Of a stretch of DNA of 64,000 nt, positions 10,223 through 20,009 are shown one piece after another. How positions within the stretch are numbered: the first letter of the stretch is position 1; each line of letters begins with the position of its first letter. The DNA is from an uncultured Chloroflexia bacterium (GTDB lineage: Bacteria > Chloroflexota > Limnocylindria > Limnocylindrales > CSP1-4), in the NCBI GenBank assembly GCA_963766735.1, contig CAVYBU010000025.1, positions 32,001 to 96,000 of the forward strand, read 5' to 3'. Under the pieces are notes generated by a model, which worked only from the letters and a program-made list of their open reading frames with translations, was not told the DNA's origin and searched no databases. Made by a program: the position numbers and the translations under genes.

Positions 10223-11862
10223 TCAGCTTTGCCCGGGCACGCGAGCAGGCGGAACATTCGAATCTACGGCACCGCCCGGTGCGCCGACACCCTGGGCCCA
10301 CTCCATGGGCTCTTGCTTGTCTCCGTAGTATCCACCGTACCCTCGGTGGGCATGAGCCGGAACCCGGTTGAGAACGGCGCCGAGGGTCTTCGCCCCGGCC
10401 CTCACCAGCGACTCCTGCGCCAAACGGACGACCCGCCGTCTACTCCGCCCCGCGTCGATGACGAGGAGCGTCCCGTCCGACGAATGAGCTCAACACCGCG
10501 GCGTCCGTGACCGCCTGGAGTGGCGGGCTGTCGAAGATGACGAGGTCGGCACTCTGCTGCAGACGTCCCAGGACGACCTGCATGCGATGCGAACCCGAGC
10601 AGCTCGGCCGGGTTCGGCGGTAGCGGGCCGGTGGTCAGGACCCGAAGGTTGGGCTGCTCGGTCGCCTGGGCAATCGCGTCGATGGTCACCGCGTCGTCGC
10701 GCAGCAGCGTCGTCAGGCCGTGGATGTTGGGCAGGTCGAACATGAGGTGCAGCCCCGGCTTCCGGAGGTCCGCATCCACCAGGACGACAGTTCGTCCGGC
10801 CTGCGCGAAGACGACGGCGAGGTTCGACGCCGTAACGGTCTTGCCCTCGCCCGGGGTCGCACTCGTGACGAGCAGGGTGCCGCAGCGGCGCATCCACCGA
10901 GGCGAACTCGACGTTCGCGCGCAGCGTGCGATACGCCTCGGCGACGCTCGACCGCGGGAAGAGGATGACGGCGAGCTGATAGAACTCACGCCGTCGCCAG
11001 CGTGGTCTTCGTGCCGGCGATCGTCCCCAGGGTGCTGCAGTCCGGTGACCTCCTGGACGGCCTCGGCGTCCTTGATGGAATCATCAAGCTGCTCAGCCAG
11101 GAATGCGATGCCGGCGACAACGAGCAGTCCCAGGCACGCGGCCAGGAGCGTGTTCAGGAGGGTCCTCGGCAGGATATTCGAAGTCGGAGTGTCGGCCGGC
11201 TCGACGACCGTGAGCAGGTTGGTGGCGGTCCCCGATGAGAAGGAGAGCAGCGTCGCGTATGTCGAACGCAGGCTGGCCAAGCGTCCCTCGAGGGCCTGCA
11301 GCTCCGTCTCCTGGTCCGCGGTCCGATCCTCGACCGCGATGAGGGCGTCTGCTCGTACCTGGGTCGCCTCGATGAGGTCCTGGGTGGCCACGAGATCCTG
11401 ATCGATCGATTTCAGGAAGGCAGCCTCGCGGCCCTGGATCTGGGGTGAGACGGCGATCAACTGTTCAGCCAATGCGTTTGCGATGGCAGCGGCGCGAGCC
11501 GGGACCGTGTCCTGCGCGGTGATTGAGAGCAGGGTGCTGTCGCGGGGCGAGTCGACGGCCACTCTCGTTTCGAGTTCGCTGGGCGTTGTCTCGAGGCCGA
11601 GATCCTCGATCACGCTCTCGAGCCGCGGCCGGGTCTTCGCGATCGCCGCGTACGTCGCCGACAGGTTCTGCGCGACGAGGAACTGGGTGTAGTCGGGGTT
11701 CGCGGCCGAGAGCGCCTGGCCGACGATCAGCGTCGCCTTCGCCTCGTAGACCTTCTGCTGGAGGTTGCTGACGACGAATGCGGCGGTGCCGGCCAACAAT
11801 GCGGCCACCACCATGAGCGGGAGCCATGTCCGAGTCATGGCGATCAGTCGGCGGAGATCCAC
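10223..11862 (-). CDS. wzc: Polysaccharide co-polymerase / tyrosine autokinase, Wzc-like (several frameshifts)
   Basis: Wzz-like N-terminus, Walker A TPGEGKT, VDADLRKP, PPNPAELL, C-terminal Tyr cluster GYGGYYG. Confidence 0.82.
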
Positions 11863-12012
11863 GGGGCGTCACTCTCTCTGACCAGCGTGCGGGGCGTTCT
11901 GAGCCTCAGCGCGAACGGCGCATCACGAATCATCGACCACCATATCCGGGACCGTCAACCATACCTATCGGCCGATTGTCCTGAACGCAGCCCGCCGCAA
12001 GTACTACGCGCC

Positions 12013-12653
12013 TCAGCGAACGACGGTCCAGACTGTCTTCAGGAGGATCTGCAGGTCCAACAGTGTCGTCCGGCGATCGAGGTACTCCGCATCCAGCCTG
12101 AGCTTCGCCGGGAGAATCTCCTCGCGATATCGGCGCTCTGCGTCGGGGCCGACCAGGAGCTGCGCCTCGTTGTGGAACTCGAGCTGAGCCAGGCCAGTGA
12201 TGCCCGGTCTGGCCGAGAAGACGCGCCGATGCAGAGGATTGGATAGGTCTACGTAGGCGGGATCCTCGGGGCGCGGCCCGACGAGCGACATCTCTCCGCG
12301 AACGACGTTGACCAACTGCGGAAGCTCGTCGATCCGGATAGCGGCGGAGGACCCGGCCCAACGGCGTCACCCGCGGATCCCGAGCCATGGTCACTCTCGC
12401 CCCATCTGAGCTCGGGGTCATCGTCCGAACCTTCAGGATCGTGAAGGCCCTGGCGCCTTCGCCAACCCGTCGAGGCGCGGAAGAAGAAGGGTCCGCGGTC
12501 CCCCGACAGACGCATCGCCATCGCAGCCCCGGCGAGGATCGGCGCGGCGATTGCGAGCGCGATCGAGCCGAGGGTAAGATCAACAAGGCGCTTCAAGTCC
12601 AAATCGTCCGCTCCCCGGGCGCCGGCGATGGTCGTGTACCCGCCGGACGCCAC
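12013..12653 (-). CDS. Priming sugar (phosphoglycosyl) transferase (frameshifted)
   Basis: LKRLVDL, ILKVRTM, DPRVTPLG, GEMSLVGPRPE, RPGITGLAQ, LDLQILLKT. Confidence 0.85.
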
Positions 12654-12910
12654 GTGCCGAGGATACTGAGGAATCCGCCGCGGGACCCTTGACTTCCGGG
12701 CGATCAGCGGTGCGCTCGCGCAACGGTTATGTGCTCCTGAGCACGAACACGGCAGCCAATGGTACTAGGCGGGCCGCGCGGATTGGCATAACGTACAGAT
12801 CCGAACGCACTCGGGGCACAAGCCGGCTAGAACAGGTCCCCCGAGTTTCGGCGTCATCTCGGCGAAGGATGACGCTAGTCCACCGAGGCGCATCGACAGA
12901 AGGGGGTCTA

Positions 12911-14998
12911 TTGGCTGTCCGCCGCTCGATCCGGGCACCGCTTTCGCTGGGTCCTGTCCCCTCCGCGCCTCACCGCGACGGAGCGGCGTTCAGGCCGTCA
13001 CGGCTGTCGTCCGATCGCGCCGGTCTTCCAATTGTCGGCTATCTGCGCGGGCGCCACCTCCTCGTCATCGACCTGATCGGGATCGTCGTCGCCTCCTACA
13101 TTGCCCTCGCCCTCCGCTTCGACCGGGTCACCGCGCCATTCCTCGTCCCCAACTTCCTCCTCGTCGTCGGCCTCCTGCTTGCCGTCCGCACGACGACCAA
13201 CGTCCGCGTAGGCCTCTACAGCCGGCGCTGGCGCTTTGCGACCGTGTCCGACCTGGAGCGGATCGTGGCAGCGACCGCCATCGGCTCTGGGATCGCGATC
13301 GTGATCTTCTACGGTTCGTACCTGCTGGTCCACGCCACGTGGGCCGATGGGTTCCCGCGTTCGTTCTGGCTGATCGAGCTCCTGTTGGCGACCGCGATCC
13401 TCGGCGGCGTGCGCTTTGGGATCCGCGCCGCATCTGAGGCGAGGCCGAGCGATCGAACGAATGTCGACGACAGCCGGGCGACCTTGCTCTACGGCGCCGG
13501 CCGCACTGGCGTCCTGCTGGCTCGCTCCGCGGCCCGGGACCCGGACGCGGGTGTCCGCCCGGTCGGGTTCCTCGACGACGACCCGAGCCTTGCGGGCGGG
13601 ATCGTGGCTGGCTTGCCGGTCTTCGGCGGGCTCGAATCGTTGCAGCGCGCCGTGGCCGAGACGGAGGCGCTGACCCTGCTCATCACCATGCCCGGCGCGC
13701 CGGGGAGCGCAGTCCGGCAGGTCTTCGACGCCGCGCTTGCGCTGAACCTCGAGGTTCGCACCGTCCCGTCGGTGAGCGACCTGCTCGACGGGAGCGTGGA
13801 TGCCTACCGCGTCCGCCGGGTCCGCGTCGAGGACCTCCTGCGGCGACCGATGGTCACGGAGCACGCTGCCGGAGTCGAGGAGATCATCCGTGATCAGACC
13901 GTGCTCATCACCGGTGGCGGCGGGTCGATCGGATCGGAGCTTGCCCGCCAGGCGTGGGCGCTCGGACCCCGTCGTCTGATCCTGGTCGATCGGGCGGAGA
14001 GCTCGCTTTACATGGTCCAGCGCGAGCTGAGCGCGCGTCGCAATCGCGGGCACGGGAGCGGGGACCTCAGGATCCACCTTGCGAATGTCGCCAGCAGGCC
14101 GGCCATGGACCGGCTCATCGCCGCGGAGCGGCCGAGCGTGATCTTCCATGCCGCCGCGTACAAGCACGTGCCGATGATGGAAGAGCACCCGTCGGACGCC
14201 ACACACGTGAACATCGGCGGCACGAGGGTCATGCTCGACGCGGCCGCGGCGGCTGGAGTGGACCGCTTCGTGTTCGTGTCGACTGACAAGGCCGTCCGGC
14301 CGTCAAGCGTGATGGGCGCCAGCAAGCGGATCGCGGAGATGCTCGTGGCCGACACGGCCCACCGCACCGGGCGCCCGTACGTGTCGGTCCGCTTCGGGAA
14401 TGTCCTGGGCTCCACGGGGAGCGTCGTGCCGATCTTCCAGGAGCAGCTGGAGAACGGAGAACCGCTCACCGTCACGCATCCCGACATGACCCGGTATTTC
14501 ATGACGATCCCCGAAGCCGCGTGGCTGATCCTCGATGCGGCCGCGCTCGGCACCGACGGGGACCTGTTCGTGCTGGACATGGGCGAGCCGGTCCGGGTCA
14601 TGGACCTTGCCCGGGACCTCGTCCGGCTCGCCGGGCGCGATCCCGACACCCAGCCCTTCGAGATCGTCGGCCTGCGGCCTGGCGAGAAGCTTCACGAGGA
14701 GCTGTTCTACGACGTAGAGCAGGTCCGGCCCACACCCAGCGAGAAGGTCCTGCGCGCGATCGCGCCGCCGTCGCCAACCGACATCCGCGGGGATGTGGCC
14801 CGGCTGATGGCGCTGGCGACCGGCGACGACGAGGAGATGCTGGGCCAGGCGCTGCTCACCTACGTACGGGCGCACGACGGGTGGCCGATGTCCTCGAGGA
14901 AGGTCGCCGGACAGCCGGTGGCGGGTCCTCGCGGCATCGCCGAGATCACCCACGGCTGGTTGGGGGCATCTGGGGCGGCAGGCGCCGCTCTCCAGTGA
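12911..14998 (+). CDS. CapD/PglF-type nucleoside-diphosphate sugar 4,6-dehydratase
   Basis: N-terminal TM helices, GGGGSIGSEL, FHAAAYKHVP, STDKAV, VRFGNVLGS, GLRPGEKLHEEL; start placed at a TTG after a purine-rich RBS. Confidence 0.9.
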   Translation: MAVRRSIRAPLSLGPVPSAPHRDGAAFRPSRLSSDRAGLPIVGYLRGRHLLVIDLIGIVVASYIALALRFDRVTAPFLVPNFLLVVGLLLAVRTTTNVRVGLYSRRWRFATVSDLERIVAATAIGSGIAIVIFYGSYLLVHATWADGFPRSFWLIELLLATAILGGVRFGIRAASEARPSDRTNVDDSRATLLYGAGRTGVLLARSAARDPDAGVRPVGFLDDDPSLAGGIVAGLPVFGGLESLQRAVAETEALTLLITMPGAPGSAVRQVFDAALALNLEVRTVPSVSDLLDGSVDAYRVRRVRVEDLLRRPMVTEHAAGVEEIIRDQTVLITGGGGSIGSELARQAWALGPRRLILVDRAESSLYMVQRELSARRNRGHGSGDLRIHLANVASRPAMDRLIAAERPSVIFHAAAYKHVPMMEEHPSDATHVNIGGTRVMLDAAAAAGVDRFVFVSTDKAVRPSSVMGASKRIAEMLVADTAHRTGRPYVSVRFGNVLGSTGSVVPIFQEQLENGEPLTVTHPDMTRYFMTIPEAAWLILDAAALGTDGDLFVLDMGEPVRVMDLARDLVRLAGRDPDTQPFEIVGLRPGEKLHEELFYDVEQVRPTPSEKVLRAIAPPSPTDIRGDVARLMALATGDDEEMLGQALLTYVRAHDGWPMSSRKVAGQPVAGPRGIAEITHGWLGASGAAGAALQ

Positions 14999-16189
14999 CC
15001 GAATCGGACACCCGTCCATACCTGCCGTTCGCGCGTCCGTCGATCACCCAGCGCGAGAAGGACGCGGTCCTCGAGGTCCTCGACTCGGGCTGGCTCACGA
15101 CCGGGCCGCGGGCGAAGCTGTTCGAGGAGCGGTTCGCGGCGGTCGTCGGCAGTCGGCACGCCGTCGCCCTGAACTCGGCGACGGCCGCCCTGCACCTCGC
15201 GCTGGAGGCGCTCGGCGTAGGGGCCGGCGATGAGGTCATCGTCCCGACCTGGACCTTCGCCGCCAGCGCCGAGGTCGTCGCCTACCGGGGCGCACGGCCG
15301 GTCCTGGTCGACGTCGATCGACAGACGCTCAACGCCACGCCAGAGGCCATCCTGGCCGCGGTCACGCCACGGACACAGGGCGGTCGTGGCCGTGCACATT
15401 GCCGGAATGCCGTGCGAGATCGAGCGCCTGGTCTCATTGCTCGGGGACCGCGGTATCGCGGTCGTCGAGGATGCGGCGCATGCGTTCCCCAGCCGGATCG
15501 GGGGCCCGGCGGGGCGCTATGCCGGCACGATCGGGCGCGCCGGCGCATTCTCCTTCTATGCCACGAAGACGATCACGACCGGCGAGGGCGGGATGCTGGT
15601 CACCGATGACGACGCGATCGCAGCCCGGGCGCGCGTGATGTCACTCCACGGAATCAGCCGCGACGCATGGAACCGGTACACGGCGAGCGGATCGTGGTAC
15701 TACGAGATCGAGGACGCCGGCTACAAGTACAACATGACCGACATCGCTGCGGCTCTCGGGCTCGTCCAGCTGGAGCGGGCCGAGGAGCTTCTCGCCGCGC
15801 GCAGGTCGATCGCCGCCGCATACACGGATGGGTTCCGCGCGTCGGCCGCGTCTGACCTGCTCGACCTGCCGGAGGACACCCGCGACGGCTCGCACGCCTG
15901 GCATCTCTACGTCGTTCGCCTGGCGCTCGACCGACTGGGCGTCGATCGGGCGGCGGTTATGACGGCCCTCCGCGAGGCAGGGATCGGTGCCAGCGTCCAC
16001 TTCATCCCGCTCCACCTGCACCCGTACTACCGGAGGCACTGGGGCACGCGCCCGGAGGATTACCCGGTGGCGACACGGGAATACGACCGCGTGATCTCGC
16101 TGCCGATCTGGCCCGGTATGACGGCCGAGGACGTCGGGCGCGTGGTCGCGGCTCTGGGAGCCATCCTGGACGGCGCTCGCCTGCGTTGA
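14995..16189 (+). CDS. DegT/DnrJ/EryC1/StrS sugar aminotransferase (frameshift near 15375)
   Basis: SGWLTTGP, NSATAALH, EDAAHA, FSFYATKTITTGEGG. Confidence 0.9.
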
Positions 16190-16730
16190 GGTGGTTCCGC
16201 GATCCCATCAACGGACTCGGCGACTACATCGGGTTCCTGCCGGGCATCGTCGTCTCGATCGTGCTCGCGCTGGCCCTGTCGAGCCGGGTCGCCGGGAGAT
16301 TGCGCGTCTCCCGCGCGCTGGCGATCCTGCTCATGATGAGCCTGGGCGTCGTCCTTGCCGCAACGATCACGCCGAGCCGTGACGCAGTGCTGTACGGCGC
16401 CCAAGGGGCCGCGGGATGCGACCTGTCCCGGCTGGGGCCGGCGCCGTGGTCGGCGTATCTGCACCTCGACGACACGAGCCTGAATGTCCTCTTGTTCATC
16501 CCGCTCGGAATGCTGATCGGCATGTTGCCGCGCTCGCCGTATCGGTGGCCGATCGTCGCTGGAGCGGTCATCCTGCCGTTCGCAGTCGAGGGCTTCCAGC
16601 TCGTCGCCACGCCGCTGGGCCGCGCGTGCCAGAGCGCGGACGTGTGGACAACCTGATGGGCCTGTTCATCGGGCTCGCTGCCGGCTGGGTGGCCGGGAGG
16701 TTGTGGCGGAGGGACCGGGCCGACGCGTAG
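16186..16730 (+). CDS. VanZ-like membrane protein (frameshift near 16645)
   Basis: LNVLLFIPLG, VEGFQ, GRAC, D..DNLMG motifs. Confidence 0.75.
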
Positions 16731-16970
16731 CGCCCTGCCGGGTAGATCGCCGGGCCTGCTCCCGCCGCCCCGCTCCGGCGCCACCGGGATGCTGGCGGCC
16801 CAGGGCATCGCCTACCAGACGGGGGCGTCGCCCATGCCGTGGCAGGCTCCGATGGGTTGGATGGTGGCGAGGGAGCTTCTGATCGATATCGCCAGGTGGA
16901 GGCCGTCTGAGCCACCTACGATGTGGCCGGAACCGGCAACTGTGCACGTTGATGGAAGAAGGGCGGCCAC

Positions 16971-17354
16971 ATGGCGCAAGAACTCGGCGAGTGGGCGGTC
17001 AACTACCTCCCAGAGGAAGGTGGCCGGTACACGGGCAAGTTGGCCGTCACCGATGAGAAGGTGACCTTCGTGTCGCTCTACGAATCGAGCAACAGGACAG
17101 TCGTGAAGGCCATCTTCCTCAGCGTCGGGTCCTTTGCAGCGGCCGGCGGCCACACTGTGTATCGCTACTCGAACGACGACGAGGCGCGGGTGGAGTTGCC
17201 GGTAGCTGAGATCGCCCAGGTGAAGGCAACCAAGAAGTGGTTGCTGAAACAGGCAGTGGTGACCATGAATGATGGTCAAGTGTTCGTGTTCGACTACGGC
17301 ATGCTGGACGCCAAGAAGATCGTCGCTGCAATAGCCTCTGTCATCCCCGGCTGA
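16971..17354 (+). CDS. Hypothetical protein, possibly PH-like beta fold
   Basis: Clean 127-aa ORF after a GGAAGAAGGG RBS; natural composition. Confidence 0.65.
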   Translation: MAQELGEWAVNYLPEEGGRYTGKLAVTDEKVTFVSLYESSNRTVVKAIFLSVGSFAAAGGHTVYRYSNDDEARVELPVAEIAQVKATKKWLLKQAVVTMNDGQVFVFDYGMLDAKKIVAAIASVIPG

Positions 17355-17406
17355 CACGGAGTCCTCCCGGCGGGTCCGTCGTCGCCGAACGCCGCCCCCC
17401 GGCCCC

Positions 17407-18135
17407 TCAGCTGATCGTGTCCCCCGGCGCCCAGGCGATCACCTCCGCCGACAGCCCGCGGGCCCGCACCGCCGCCTCCAGCTGAGCCGGGGTCCCCGCG
17501 AGCAGCGGGAACGTGCCCCAGTGGATCGGTGCCACGTGGCTCACGCCCAGCAGCTCCACCGCCAGCGCGGCCGCGACCGGGTCCATCGTGTAGTGGCCGC
17601 CGATCGGCAGCAGCGCGAGGTCCGGCTTGAACAGCTCCCGGATGAGCGCCATGTCGCCGAACACCGCCGTGTCGCCGGCGTGGTAGACGCGGAACCCGTT
17701 CTCCATCTCGACGACGAACCCGGCGGGCTCGCCCAGGTAGAGCGTGGTCCCGCCGTCCGGGTTCCAGTCGCCGGCGGAGTGCTCGGCCCCGGTCATGGAC
17801 ACCCGCAGGCCCGCGACCTCGACGGTGCCGCCCTTGTTCATGCCCGTGAGCTGGTCGGCGCCGCCCGGGAGCCGTCGCGAGAGCCACAGGCTCATCTCGT
17901 GGATGCACGGCCAGGCGGGTCGCAGCCGGGCCGCCAGGGCGATCGCGTCGCCCATGTGGTCTCCGTGCCCGTGGGTGACGAGCAGGAGGTCGCACCGGTC
18001 CACGGTGTCGGCGGACCTCGGGCTCATCGGGTTGCCAAGCCAGGGATCGATCAGGACGCGCTTCCCGCCCGGCGTCGCGATCTCGACGGCCGCATGTCCG
18101 AGCCACGTGATGGATGTGTCCCGCCCGATCGACAT
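17407..18135 (-). CDS. Metallo-beta-lactamase-fold hydrolase (UPF0173-like)
   Basis: ITWLGHA, THGHGDH, YHAGDT, LPIGGHYTM, PIHWGT. Confidence 0.9.
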   Translation of the reverse strand: MSIGRDTSITWLGHAAVEIATPGGKRVLIDPWLGNPMSPRSADTVDRCDLLLVTHGHGDHMGDAIALAARLRPAWPCIHEMSLWLSRRLPGGADQLTGMNKGGTVEVAGLRVSMTGAEHSAGDWNPDGGTTLYLGEPAGFVVEMENGFRVYHAGDTAVFGDMALIRELFKPDLALLPIGGHYTMDPVAAALAVELLGVSHVAPIHWGTFPLLAGTPAQLEAAVRARGLSAEVIAWAPGDTIS

Positions 18136-18259
18136 CGAAGCCTCCTGCTGCCGCCCGGCGGCCGTCCTGCTGCACCGTCCCCCGGTCGGCCCGGGCACCC
18201 ACTGTCCGGCGCCGACTCCCATTATCCGGCGCCGGGGCGTCGGCGGCTACACTCCGGCC

Positions 18260-19099
18260 GTGCCCGCGGAGCAGATCGCCTCCAACCTCGCGCTCGTCAA
18301 CTGGACGGTCCTGACCGGACTCGCGGTCGGGTCGTTCGTGCTGGTCGCGTTCGCGCGCCTGCGCACGGCCGCAACGAAGGGATACCTCGCGTTCACCGCG
18401 ATCTGCGCGACGGGGTTCGGGGCCCTGGCCTACCTCTCGGACACGGCGCTGCCGGCCATCTCCGCCGGCTCGCCCGTGACGGCCGACCCTGCGTTCGACG
18501 GCGCCCGGCGCGCGGCCCTCGTCGTGTTCGTGATCCTGGCCCTGGCCACGACGATCGTCATCTCGCGGGGAGGGCGTGCCGTCGTCCCGGGTGTCGCTGG
18601 AGCGGTCGCCGGCCTGGCGGCCCTCCTGCTGGGCGGCCTCACGTGGGGCGGCAGCCCGATAGGCGTCGCGATGCTCACGCTCCAGCTCGTGGTCCTGTCG
18701 CTGGCGGCCGGCGGCGTCTTCGGCGCGATGATCCTGGGGCACTGGTACCTGGTCACGCCCAAGCTGCCGGAGGCACCGCTGGTCCGCGTCTCGCTGGGGC
18801 TGCTGTGGGTGGTCGCGCTGCAGGTCGTCCTGTTCGTGCTCTGGGTGGGGACCGGGGCGGGGCCGGGCGCCGAGGGCGGACCCTTCGCGGCGCTGTTCGG
18901 GCCGTGGGCGCTGTTCGTGTGGCTCAGGCTGCTGGTGGGACTCGTGTTCCCGCTCGTGGTGTCGTGGGCGGCGCTGCAGACGGCGCGGACACGGTCGATG
19001 GAGTCGGCGACGGGCCTGCACTACATCAACGTCGGGACGATCCTGGCGGGTACGATCCTGGCGGCCGGCCTCTACTTCGGCGCCGGGCTGCTGGTCTGA
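18260..19099 (+). CDS. Polytopic membrane protein of unknown function (about 8 TM)
   Basis: Hydrophobic; motifs GAMILGHWYL and ESATGLHY; leaderless GTG after TACACT. Confidence 0.75.
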   Translation: MPAEQIASNLALVNWTVLTGLAVGSFVLVAFARLRTAATKGYLAFTAICATGFGALAYLSDTALPAISAGSPVTADPAFDGARRAALVVFVILALATTIVISRGGRAVVPGVAGAVAGLAALLLGGLTWGGSPIGVAMLTLQLVVLSLAAGGVFGAMILGHWYLVTPKLPEAPLVRVSLGLLWVVALQVVLFVLWVGTGAGPGAEGGPFAALFGPWALFVWLRLLVGLVFPLVVSWAALQTARTRSMESATGLHYINVGTILAGTILAAGLYFGAGLLV

Positions 19100-19113
19100 A
19101 TGGAGGTTCGCAC

Positions 19114-19977
19114 ATGAGCGTCCTGCCGCCGTTGCGTATCAAGGTCCGCCTGTTCGCGATGCAGCGCGAGGCCGCGGGCATGAAGGAGCTGCGCGTCGAG
19201 GTGCCGCTCGGGTCCACGGTCGAGGACGCCTGGTCCGCGATCGTGGCGACCGTGCCTGCCCTGGCCCCCGGGCGCAAGTCGCTCCGCTTCGCTGTCAACG
19301 GCACGTACGCGAAGCCGGACACCATGCTGGCGGATGGGGACGAGGTGGCCTGCATCCCGCCCGTCAGCGGGGGCGCGGACGTCGATGCCGATGCGGGCCG
19401 GCGGATCGCGGACCGCCGGATCCTCGAGATCCGGGCCGAACCGATCCCGGAGAGCCTTCTGGCGGAGCTCATCGGCCGCCTGGCCACGGACGAGGATGGG
19501 GGAGTGGTCGCGTTCCTGGGCCGGACCCGCGTGACTCCGGGCACGCCCGCCCCCGGGCAGGAAGCGCTCGCGACCGCGAACGAGGGCAGCGCGGTGGAGG
19601 CCCTGGACTACGAGGCCTTCGAGCCGATGGCCCTGGGGGTGCTCGGGCAGATCGCGGACGAGATCGAGGCCCGCTGGGGCGTCCTGCACCTGGCGATCGT
19701 CCATCGCACCGGGTCGGTGCCGCTGGGCGACGTCTCGGTGGCTGTGGTGGCGGCCTCGCCCCATCGCGACGCGGCGTTCGAGGCGGCGCGGTACGCAATC
19801 GACGAGACGAAGGCACGGGCGCCGATCTGGAAGTCGGAACGCTTCGAGGACGGCCACGTCTGGATCGGGCATCCCGCGCGGACCGGGCCCGAGGCCTCCG
19901 TCGACCCGGCCGCCTCCATCGACGCGGGCTCGCCCGTCGACCCCACAGGCTCCATCGACCCGGTCGAGCCGGGCTGA
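19114..19977 (+). CDS. Fused molybdopterin synthase MoaD-MoaE (MoaX-like)
   Basis: MoaD (VRLFA...AVNG.Y...IPPVSGG) followed by MoaE (LDYEAF, HRTG, SPHR, KARAPIWKSE). Confidence 0.9.
   Translation: MSVLPPLRIKVRLFAMQREAAGMKELRVEVPLGSTVEDAWSAIVATVPALAPGRKSLRFAVNGTYAKPDTMLADGDEVACIPPVSGGADVDADAGRRIADRRILEIRAEPIPESLLAELIGRLATDEDGGVVAFLGRTRVTPGTPAPGQEALATANEGSAVEALDYEAFEPMALGVLGQIADEIEARWGVLHLAIVHRTGSVPLGDVSVAVVAASPHRDAAFEAARYAIDETKARAPIWKSERFEDGHVWIGHPARTGPEASVDPAASIDAGSPVDPTGSIDPVEPG
19894..19965 (+). repeat. Four imperfect 18-nt tandem repeats encoding the MoaE C-terminal tail
   Basis: GCCTCCGTCGACCCGGCC / GCCTCCATCGACGCGGGC / TCGCCCGTCGACCCCACA / GGCTCCATCGACCCGGTC. Confidence 0.7.
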
Positions 19978-20009
19978 TCGGCGTCCTGCCCGCCCGCCAT
20001 ACTCCTTCC

